Below are positions 26,301 to 37,186 of a DNA stretch of 64,000 bases, one piece after another. Under the pieces are notes generated by a model. The model ran no database searches. It saw only the letters and a program-made list of their open reading frames with translations, and had not been told where the DNA came from. The position numbers and the translations under genes were made by a program. Source of the DNA: Trichosphaerium sp. ATCC 40318 (lineage: Eukaryota > Protista > Tubulinea); the NCBI GenBank assembly GCA_038496445.1, contig JALMLS010000593.1, forward strand, positions 1 to 64,000. The letters are read 5' to 3'. Position 1 is the first letter of the stretch; every line of letters starts with the position of its first letter.

Positions 26301-26670
26301 TCAGCGTTGATCCTCTCTATAAGCGCGTTTGGTGACTTGAGAAGCGCTGTTGCGCGTTCTTTATGTTTTTCACTTATCTTTTCTAACACGGCGAGATAAT
26401 CACTCTCGTGAGCCAGACTCTTGCTGATGGCCTTATGTAAATCAAATTGCGAACAAGTAGTAACATTTTTTACACTGCCGAAACGGTGACAGGTTTTAAT
26501 CAACGCACCTCGAATAGATTCGTTGTGGTATCTCCCTGAGCCGACACCACCACAGCTAAACGCGAGTTTTTGCAAGAATCGAGTACTATGCGTGAAGACG
26601 CTTGTATGGCTTCCACAGAGCTCAATGATGAACCACCGAATTTAAAAACGTCCCAATTATCTTGTTGCAT
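23316..26670 (-). CDS. thrA: bifunctional aspartokinase / homoserine dehydrogenase (ThrA-like, two ACT domains)
   Basis: VFKFGGSS, RNGSDYSA, WTDIDGIYTANP, ACT motifs ISQASSEHSI and AQGSSECNIS, GAGLVG, VTANKK, YECAVGAGLP, GYTEPDPRDDLSG, GPGAGASVTAAGV. Confidence 0.95.
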
Positions 26671-27067
26671 GGCTGAGACAGTGAAAACGGAAAAATTATT
26701 CAAAAAAGTTCCTAAAGACTTTGTTGGAAGACCTACAGAACTGTATAAATCATTTTTACGGAGCAATACAAAAGTGAGAGAACTCCAACTAGATTTAGTA
26801 AGAGCACTAAAGGCGTTTGAACCGCAAAGTGCGGTGGTGTGCATTTTTAGCAAAAGCGCTATAAAATTAGTTGTAACATTCCAATTAGAAGCTTAATAGT
26901 CATGTATATGTTTTATATTCCGATTGGAGCCTCTTCTGGTAATTTGACGTCATTTTCAGTACAACCACAAAAAAAAAATTCGGAAACGGGTGTAATCTAG
27001 TAAAATAATTTTCTAACCAGGACTTAACGTATTCTAGAAAACACCGCCAGCACCAACACCGCCAGCT

Positions 27068-29100
27068 ATGTCTCGTGGCACAAGGAATAGTGCCCGGCAA
27101 CTTCGGCCTTACCAAGTAGAACCACAATTACCCAAACCCATTTTAGGGCCTAACAACCCTCCTTTATACAATGGTACTATTTTAAATACAAAAAACACCA
27201 AACTTTTTTAACCAAGGATTTTTAGCTAGACCACAAGCCCCTCAATCGCCTATTCCACCATTGATTTCAAAATCTGCATTTGCGCCTTTTAATAATGTAC
27301 CAGCTTTGCCTTCAACGATTTTGAACCAAAATCAGTATGCGACATCAAATGCCACCGCACAGCCCTTACTCTCGATGCCTGCGAACCTATCCAAGTATAC
27401 AAAATCGTCATATGGCGAAACTAACAAAGTTTCGTTTAGTTACAATAACGATAAAAACGTCACTGGAAATAAAAGGTAACGTTCACAACCCATCTCTACT
27501 GTTTTTTTGTAACGCACAAAAAGGAAGGACGAAAGTTCTCCTGGTGGAACACCGAAACGACAAAAGTTGGAAGGTACCGAAACAGCCCAAAAAAGGCTAG
27601 AAGATAGGTAAGGAAATTATTTTTTTGCACCACAATCAAACGTGAAATGACGTTTTTTTTTTTTCCTTGCATGCGGACTAATTTTGTCAAACTTAGAGCA
27701 GAGAAAAGTCGAAATGCCTCCAGATTATACAGGCAACGAAAGAAACAGTTTACAGAGGACCTAAAGCAGCAACTTTCTTCTGTAGCTCGCGAGCGTGATA
27801 GCTTAAAACAGCAATATGAAAAACAAGCTAAGATACTACAACGACTCACTGAAGAAAACGCAGAGCTTCGTCTTCAATTGGTATCAGATTCACAAGTTCG
27901 TATTACATTTGCCCACTTTTGATGCTAACAACGTGGGGATAGGTTGTGACCGAGAGATACTCCCTATTACAAGGTCTCTCAGGGTCTATGGAATCTCAAG
28001 GCCAATACCAACAAAAAGACAAACCGTCACCTCAAAGGTACAAAACTGCTTCAAAAAAAAATTCTGACTTGCTATAAAAGGGCACTTGAGAATACAGTAA
28101 GGTCATTGGAGGCATTAGAAAAGTTTTGGCAAATCCATCACTTATCTGTACGAAACCTTCTTCCTTGTTCGTAATCGTCGGCGTTTTTTTTTTTCCGGAA
28201 ACCTTAAAACTAGCACATTTAAGCACGCGCAGATGGCGTGATATGTTTTCTTGACAATAGTTGTTTGTTCACTCTTTTTTAAGGAGTTGGTTCAACCAGA
28301 TATTGTCTCGTACCTTTGCACAACTGATATGATTACAAATGTATCAAAAATGGCCAAATTACGTGCTCCACGTGAAGGATTGAGGAATCTTACAAAAAAA
28401 TTGTTAAAAGAATTTGAAACTTCTTTGACTCATGAACAAAAACGTGGGTTAGACGAGTTATTGATAATATCAGAGAAGCAGCTTGATGAAATAGATGTTA
28501 TAAAGGCAGAGCTGAATGGAGAGTTCGAAACACTATTCCATCAAAAATTAAAACAGAACTCAGAATCAACAAATAGACCGTACTTGGATGATTTATTAAA
28601 TATGACATTAGCAATAGACAAATTACGAAAGGTGTGTTTCTCTATCTTTTTTTTTGGATCCTGTTTTGTTTTTTTTATAAGGAAGGTTACCTAACACTTA
28701 CGCTTGTATAGATGTTAATGAGGAAGACGAAGATCTGGAAAAACCATATCGCCAAAGTTAAAGCGTACGTCTTTTTTTTTTTCTCTTTTTTTTTTTTTTT
28801 CAAAGGTTCTTGGATTGTTAGGTGTGATCACTTACGATTATATTTAGGATTTTATCACTTGAACAATACGCTCAATTTTTGATTAATATGGAATATCAGC
28901 ATCAATGTACTCAACAAGTAAAGTATTTATGGGCTGCGGTTCATAGTAAGCAAGCAGCTTTCAGAATGAATGATAGTGAAGATAAAAAGAAGATTCTACG
29001 TATTCCAAGGAGTGTGGTAGACTTAACTACTCTAAACATTGTTCGCAACGGTCAAGATCAAGATCAAGACGAACCCGAGCAAATGCGAGTGAACAGTTGA
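27068..29100 (+). CDS. bZIP transcription factor with helical C-terminal extension
   Basis: Basic region EKSRNASRLYRQRKK followed by a heptad zipper (27697-27890). The start is inferred. Confidence 0.8.
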
Positions 29101-29295
29101 ATCTTTTGTACACAAAACGACATCCTGCATTAAATTTTTTGTAAATAAGTTTAGCCTCGGTTGTATATAATTAAATAGGCGTCATATGAAGGAAAATATC
29201 AATGAGCGGTGGATGCAGTAAAGAACACTGAATTTAGCACGTGACATTTTTATTTTGAGACCTAGTTTGACATTTACAATCTAAGTTTAGTTAAC

Positions 29296-30687
29296 ATGTC
29301 ACCTAGACTCCTTACCCTTGTTGTACTGTTTTTAGCGCTGGTTTCTACAGTTTCAGCTGTTTGTGGTGCTAATAACTGTACAATCAGTGGAGTATGGTCA
29401 GAACAAGGGGTGTGCGTATGCAATCGTTTTTATGAAGGTACCCAAGCGAAAGAATGCAAGAATAGTGTTAATTAAAACGTTATCACGTTTAATCGAATCA
29501 CATGCTTATATTTACTCAGGAGAGTGCTGTAATGTTGGTATCATAGCAGGACTTGGCAGTGGATGGCTACTTTGGTACCAGATTGTGTTTTCAATACTAT
29601 GGGGAACTACATGTTTAGTACTATCTTATTTATCCTGTACATGTCGTTTCCGTATATTCTCAGCGCAAACCAATACAAGGATGACGGTTTTGATGTATAC
29701 AGAATTTACTTGCATGATTTTCTGTTGTATACGCACGTTCTTATCACGTGGAGCATAAAAAAATTACTAACTTTTAAACGTTTAGTAAGAACAATTTGGT
29801 TTTCAATTGATCCTTACTTTCAACGCCAAATATTAGACCCGATTGCTGATTCAGTACTGTTCTCTATTGGTGTTTGTTGCTTGTACGCAAAAAACCAACT
29901 TTCATTTGCATTCACGCATCACGTGCAAATATTTGTAGCGCCGAAAGTTTGACTCTATTTTTTAGATGGGCAGCTTGGAACTTGACGCTGGCTAGGATGG
30001 CCAATTGTCTAAAGAAGCTATTCGCCAAAATACCTAAGAAAGCCTGCTCTACTATATTTCTAGTAATAGAAGGCTTTTTATATCTTGGAATACCAGCAAT
30101 AGTTGTCTTTCAAATTGTATTCTCCGTGATGCAAGTTCGGGCTGAAGACAAGGATGTTGTTTACAAGTTATACACATACGTTCTTGTTGCTCTATGTGCT
30201 GTCGCTATCGCCATAATAGCTACTATAAACGTTACTATACTTCTACTCAAAATGCGTGGGAACTGGCTTCAAGGAAGGGCTTCAGCAACTGCAAAACACA
30301 TCCAACTAAAGGTATATTAAAATTATAGTCAAAATCAAATTAACAAAGATGGTAGTCTGGCGTTATCTTAGTATCTGGTGTTATTCTTTTTGTCATTAAT
30401 ATTGCTTCTATGTACGTTCATCATGGACATGATCAATCAACTACACTAAAACATGCGTTCATAAGGCAAATTGTACGATCTCAATCATTTTTTCAACGAA
30501 AAAAAAAATGACACTTACTAACAGTTATCAGGTACGGAGATTAGTGGAATGGTGTTTTGCAGTTGTTATTATTGCGGTTCACCTGTGGAACAGCAACGCG
30601 CCACAATCAACTCAGACTGATAGAGACTACTCATACGCTGAAGTTCCATACGACTACAGTCCTCAACATTCTCATTCGCTTAATTGA
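29296..30687 (+). CDS. signal peptide + Cys-rich EGF-like module + multi-pass (~7TM) membrane protein
   Basis: MSPRLLTLVVLFLALVSTVSA, CGANNC…GVCVCNRFYEGECC, then a series of hydrophobic helices including RTIWFSIDP. Confidence 0.65.
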
Positions 30688-30731
30688 TTCAATTTTTACA
30701 TAATTTATCTTTCAAGATTAAAAGACATTGT

Positions 30732-31095
30732 AAAAAAGTTGTATTATGTAAAAAGTATTTTGGAGCATGTTGAAGCGTTTGATGTATCAGAGTAATATGT
30801 TCCTATGCAAGGCTTACATGAAAACAGCCAAGTCACTTGGATAATATGTAAGCGTTCTCACTCGTAGTATTATCAAGTACTGAATGAGTTTCCTTGCGCG
30901 AATCCCTTGTTTACGTAGGACCTATGCTCTTTATCAAACAAGCGCTCACTGATTTTACTATGTACATAGTTTTGATACGTGTCCGCCTACCCAACTAAAC
31001 GCGAAAGGTCTGGGAATAGTTAAAGCGAACATGTGACACTGCTACTATTCACACTTGTGTAACTGTTTTGGTTGCAATTGCATTCTTCTTGCAAC
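30732..31095 (-). ncRNA. candidate structured non-coding RNA (family unassigned)
   Basis: Nested complementary segments form a long stem, a three-way junction and a separate hairpin. G-U wobbles favour the minus strand, T-runs lie at the 3' end, and there is no credible ORF. See findings. Confidence 0.55.
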
Positions 31096-31250
31096 ATTTT
31101 TACACATTACCAAAAAACACAACGTTAACAAGCAATCAGTAGGAAATAGCAATGGGACAGTATTGATACCATTAAACTTTTTGTATTTTTATTTCTGTAC
31201 ACTTTCGAAAATGTCCACTTTTTGTGTAAGTGCTATCCCGTACAACTAAT

Positions 31251-32904
31251 TTACAGTGTTTCTTCTGCTACAGCTTGATTCTCCTAACAAACTTGTCAAA
31301 AAAACCCCAAAAAACCAAAAAAAATAGACTACAACTTAAAGACATCGTACGTCTTTCTGCTCTTCGTTATTATCAGCATCAACTCTCACATTTTTCATTT
31401 GTTCCCTTATTTCTAACTCCAAGTCTTCTCTAACATCTGGGTGCTCAACCAAGTAAGCTTTTGCTTTTTCCTTACCATGACCAAGTGATAATGTATTATC
31501 CCCATAATTAAGTTGGAACCAATTACCATTCTTCTTGATACTACCAAGCTTAACACCAACATCAAGTATTTCTGCTTCTTTATTGATGCCTCTATCAAAC
31601 TCAATATCAAACTCAGCAATCCTAAAAACGAACAATAAGTCACAACCTCTTCATCACGTCTTGTTCAAAAAAGGAAAAAAAGAAAAAGAAAAAAAAGTGT
31701 ACCTGTAAGGTGGACCAACCTTATTCTTTGCAACTTTTACACGAATTGTGTTACCATAAATAGTATCTGCTTTTTTAAGTGACTGAGCACGACGAACATC
31801 CAATCGAACAGATGAAGAGTACTTCAATGCTGTACCACCTGTTGTTGTCTCTGGACTACCAAACATAACACCAATCTTCATACGAATCTGATTGATAAAG
31901 ATAATCAGTGTACGCTGTCTAGAGATCGCTGCAGTCAACTTTCTCATAGCTTGACTCATCATACGGGCTTGTAAACCAAGCCCAGAACTCTCCCCCATAT
32001 TACCTTCAAGCTCAGCCTTCACAAAAAGTAAGAATGAGACGAACTCTATAAAGCATTTAAGTGAACATGACTTACCTTTGGTACAAGGGCAGCTACGCTG
32101 TCTACACAAATAACATCCATTTTACCTGATTTAACAAGTGTCTCACAAATATCTAGTGCTTGTTCACCACAATCAGGTTGACAAATCAATAGATTATCAA
32201 CATCAACACCTAAACAAAAAAAAAAGTTGGCAACTTTTTTCCTAAATTGTGGGAAACACTAGATTGCAACAAAAGTTACCTAATTTGCGCGCCCAGGTAG
32301 AGTCAAGCGCATGTTCTGCATCAATGAAACAACAGGTTCCACCACTCTTCTGAGCAGAGGCAATAGCTGAGAGTGCAATAGATGTTTTGCCGCTTGCTTC
32401 AGGACCATAGATTTCTGTTATCTGTGATTGTTGTCAGTTATGGTGTCAGAAATAATTGCCTACTCTTCCAGTGGGGAATCCACCACTACCTAACGCCATA
32501 TCAAGCGCTAGAGAACCAGTTGATATGAAATTTATACTGTTTTTGCCAGAGCTAACCAAGGCACCGCCTGTAACGAGAGAACCTAGACAAAGTGTCAAAT
32601 GTATTTATGGTGTGAGTTTACACCTCGAATGGCCAGTTCTAAATAGTTAACTGAGCGTACCTTCACCATGAGTGCGTTCAATCTCGCGTATTAAGCTCTG
32701 ATGCAACTCTACGTTTGTGTCGCCCTCGATTCTTTCCGTTAATTCAAGAGTTGTAGCTTTTTTCTTCTTTCCTGTTGAAAATGATTAAAAAGCGCTGTTT
32801 AGGATAATCTTACGCGCTAGCATAACGCTGGTGCGTCTATACGCTCTACTATTAACTTTTACTGCTGACCTTCGATAACATGCACGACTAGCTCGCAAAA
32901 ACAT
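31251..32904 (-). CDS. recA: bacterial-type RecA with mitochondrial-type presequence
   Basis: [78 protein letters not shown]. Arg/Ser-rich N-terminus [12 protein letters not shown]. Confidence 0.96.
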
Positions 32905-33014
32905 GGTATACGCTCGAGCAATGTGTTTGTAAACGATTTAACGAGTTTTACCTGCGTGGACTTACATTAACGAGTCTGGCTTATTTTATTGTACAAGAAA
33001 GGGGAAAAAATGCG

Positions 33015-36000
33015 CTAATCGTCAATATCATCCGACCAGCCAGCACTCGCACTGAATTCAGTGATGAGCGATTCTAAGTCTTCGGCACTGTGACTCTCAG
33101 TGAGAGTACCCCATCTCAAGCCTATCCGCTCATTTATTGTAAGAGGTACTTCAAGCTTTATGGCGCCTTCCATGCCTTCTTTTAGGCATGCGCACATCCG
33201 CCGCAAATCACCTGGAACAACTTCGTAAATGAGTTCCTAAACACAGCTTTAGCCAAAGAATCAATAGGGTTTTAAACAACATACATCATGAATTTGAAGT
33301 AATAAATGACCTTTAATCTTAGCAGCACGCATTAGTGTTTGAGTTTTTATCATTGCTTGTTTCACAACATCAGCTGCTGTGCCTTGAATTATTGTATTTA
33401 CAGACTTAACACGTGTCAGTAAAAAACAAAGGAAGATGTACAACTTACCTGTCTTAGTGCTTTGTGAGCATGCTCCTTATCATCAAAAGACAAGTGCCGC
33501 AATCGCTTCCAAAGCGTACGCACTTTTTTATCCCTTGGAACAACAATTAGCATTCATTAATTTAGCAACAGATTTTTACGTACTGTTTAGCCTTCTTATG
33601 TGTCGAAGTAATGAATTCCTTTACAGATGGGTAACGAAAAAAGAAGCGATTAATAAATACTTTAGCCTCGGCCTCAGACACACCCAAACTCTCAGATAAG
33701 CTTCTTGCTCCTAGAAAATATTACCACGTGTCTGTAGATTCCTTAAAAAGTTTAACAATACCCATGCCATAAGTGATACCATACACCATGCTCTTTGCAC
33801 GCCCTCTCTCCTTTGAAGTAACCTCCTCAACTTTCTTATCTATCATAACAATAAGGTATGCGACACACGGTTAGCCAGCGTACTAAGCCAATGAGAGGCA
33901 ACTAGCCTATGTACATCTAGCCCTGTCTTAAAAAACTTTTGTAATGTCTTGTCTCCTGCAACGTGAGCTAATATTCTCATCTCCAATTGACTACAACAGG
34001 TTAGTCACTTTAATATTTACTCTTCTAATACCTGTAATCGGCGCCCACCATAACCATTCCTTTTGAAGGTACAAAAGCGCTTCTCACATTGACAGTAACA
34101 GATTTTGGCGTACTACCACTTTGCTGAGTCATTTGTGCATCATCAAACTTAATCTCATCTTTTGGGAGATTTTGTAAGTTCTGAGGTAACATGTATTAGT
34201 ATTGCTTGAAACAAAGTAAGTACGTACAGGATGAGAGCTTGAGAATCTACCAGTTGCAGTACCAGTGTGATTCCACTGAGTGTGTATGCAACCATTCACT
34301 GTACAAAAAAATTAATCCAAAGTACTTTATCATGTACTTACCCTCATGAGCAGATAGCCCTCCTTGAATCCAATTCGACATCATCTTTTTAATATGCCTG
34401 TGTTCTAAAATCAAACCTGGCAACTTATGTTGTGATTTTAATGACTCCAGAACTGCATTCTTTGTAGAAATGCCTCCGGATTTGCCTTCAGTCGCCTTGA
34501 TTGATTTCTAAAACAATTTAGATCCACAACTTAAAACAAATAGAAAACCACATACGGATTTCAACTTCAGAATAGTAAATAGTGCTCTAGATACGTTTTG
34601 AGGGCTGTGGAGATTCAAAGTGTAACCCTTGACACATTCCTGGCCATCTTTTTCAATTTCTCTCATACGCTTTTCCAAGGCATGCTTCACACGTTGAAGC
34701 AAACGATCATCAAACTTGATACCTTGCACTTCCATCATTGATAAGATTGGTAACGCTGGCATTTCCTAAACATAAATTTAAGTCACGTGATTTGCACGTG
34801 GTCAATAAGTACCAAACTTTCAAATGCATTCATCAATCCCTCCTTTCTCATTTTCTGCAACGCTAATTGCTGAAGGTCGTATGTGAGTTTGAGATCATCG
34901 AATAATAAATCTGACCGTGAAGAGAATACTGTTTTTTGTGGCATTTTTAGTTTCTTATCATCTTCTCTAAAGTACTCGAATACATTTTGATAATCAAAGC
35001 CACCATATAGTTCAGGATCACAAAGCCACGCCGCTATCTTCAAATCGAATAAATTTGCAAATTTACCTAAGCACAAGCACGTGTGAGTGAGGTGAAACGT
35101 TGTGAGTAAAAAAGAAAAAAAAACCCGGTACATTGAGAGTTACTCTGAAGTACTCCTTTTAAAGCTAGTTTACAATCGAAAGACGCTTTAGCGACGTTCG
35201 GGGCTGCAAATATATCATAGATAAGAGACCATCGTTTTTCCACACTGATTTGTGTAGATGTGGATGTAACTGACAAGAAGTATCCTTTACTACTACGATG
35301 CAAGTTCTACAATTAAATTCTTAATCTAAAAGATCCGACAACTAAAATGTAACGCACGGATACTAATAAGAATCCAAAACCCTTACACGTTGGTGCAACC
35401 AATCTCGCGGTTGCTCTATCCTGTACAGAATTAGACAGATAACACAGCATCTTACAAGAAAGCGTACCTTGTTCCTCTTTATTGTTCTAAAGTTTGTAAA
35501 GTTAGGTGCATACAACGTGCCCCAAACTACAACGTCTGCTGAGAGTACATCCTTTGAAAATTGTTCAAACTCCTCAACTGAAGCAAGAGCATCTCTGAGA
35601 TTTTTAACCGAGCCAGTTTTTGCAGGTTTCTTTGGTTTTGCTCCTTTTTTAGTATTTACAATTGGAGCACCATATGCTTTCTTTACATTGCTTGGTTTAC
35701 GATTTGTACTACTCATAGTTGTCGCACGTGATTTCTTCGTATCTGTGTACTTTATTCGCATTGGTGCAACAGATGGAGGAGGAGACCCACTTGACTTTTC
35801 TAGAGTAGGTGAATTGTCGGTAGATAAATCTTTGCAATGAGTTAGGAATATTGATACATAATACTAGTTAGCTGCTGTACCTCTAGTTTCAGTGTCATGA
35901 ACACTCTTTTTAGGATACAAAGAAGGTTTTGTGGTAGTAGATTTTTGTTGTTTGACATTCTTACGTAAAAACGTTTCAGAAGAACCAGTGACATTCTTTG

Positions 36001-36936
36001 TCTTCTTGTCAATTTTTTGTCGTTTTGGTGGAGATTCTTTTTGTGGATCTTTGGGACTGGAACTAGGAGATTTCCTCTTTCTTTCTTCTCTAAATGGAGA
36101 GTGTGCATAGTGCTTCTTTGCAGGGGGTTTGTATTGCTTCTTCAAAGGACTATACGGTAAGATAGATAGATGTGATTGTTGTGAATCATCACTAGCTTGT
36201 GTCTCTTCTTGGCACTCTAAATGAACGAAACAAAACAATAAGCAACAGAACAAAAAACACTTGGGACATTACCAAGTGGATCTGGTCCGAAAATATCTTG
36301 ATCAGACATGCCACCTTCATCTTCTTTCTCAGCACTCACTTTTTGTTTCTTACTGGGATGGGCTTGAGATAGTTGCTCAGCAACGAACGATACCAGGGGA
36401 GCTTCTGTGTTGCAATTTTGTTGACGCTCAGTGATGCTTGCAGGAGTTTTTGCAGCCTGCTCTTTCGGCGGTGCAACATCCAAACGTCGCTTCTTTGCCT
36501 TGACATTTTGTCTTGAACTATCTTCACTTATTGTAGGAGCGTTGACGGTTGTTTTAGTTCCTCCGTCCTTTACGAGAAAATTGTCCAAACTGTTTGTTCT
36601 CTCTATCTTAGATGGATTCTACAGTGTTGTGAGCATGCAAGTATGGCTTTGTGACATGTTGTAGTATGTCGCTAAGTCAAAACTTACCTTCCGTTTTCTT
36701 TTCTTTGTTACGTCGCTGTCAGACTTACGTCTACGCGTTTCTGAGCTGTCAGGCGGTGTTGAGCTATCTCCGTCGTCTTTTGAATTGCCACCGGCTCGAA
36801 AATAGCTCTCAAGTTTAGTTTGGCCACTGTTACTTGATTTCTACGCGTTATAAGACAATTTTGCTGTTGTTGGTCTAAAAAAGCTGATTGCGCGTATAAT
36901 TATAAACAAACCTTCTTTGGTATCCTTTTCACCCAT
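33015..36936 (-). CDS. family-A DNA polymerase, Pol theta/Pol nu-like, without helicase domain
   Basis: Motif A ADYSQLEMRILAH, motif B RGRAKSMVYGITYGMG, NTIIQGTAAD and motif C LLQIHDELIYEV. Also DLKIAAWLCDP and a long disordered N-terminus. Confidence 0.9.
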
Positions 36937-37186
36937 TTGCTAGACTTAGACGACATTTTGAAAGTATTAATGCGCCCGTTAGCTAAAAAGTCAAAATAGC
37001 CACTTATCAAGCCCTACCAGCCAAATATACCTCTAACGACGCGCGGCATTTGTATTATTTACAAGAATGGTTTTGAACTTTTCATTATTTTCGAATTTTT
37101 TTGAAATTACAGTTTACGTGGAAGTATGTACACGTGGGTTTTTAGAGACAATTTTTTTTTTTTTGTTTAGTCAACTCAGTCACAGG

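Noticed and set aside
30812-30853. SECIS element in the 3' UTR of the EGF-like membrane gene (ATGA…AA…GA)
   Set aside because: No proper helix II follows the ATGA core, and no in-frame Sec TGA is evident.
30888-31015. U6-like GCGCAAGGA (minus strand) and RNase P-like GAAAGGTCTG (plus strand) words
   Set aside because: The flanking conserved elements (ACAGAGA/AGC triad; CR-V partner of P4) are missing, so no family was assigned.
31251-36936. Bacterial contamination or prophage suggested by recA/polA/thrA-like genes
   Set aside because: All carry many spliceosomal introns and sit among typical eukaryotic genes.
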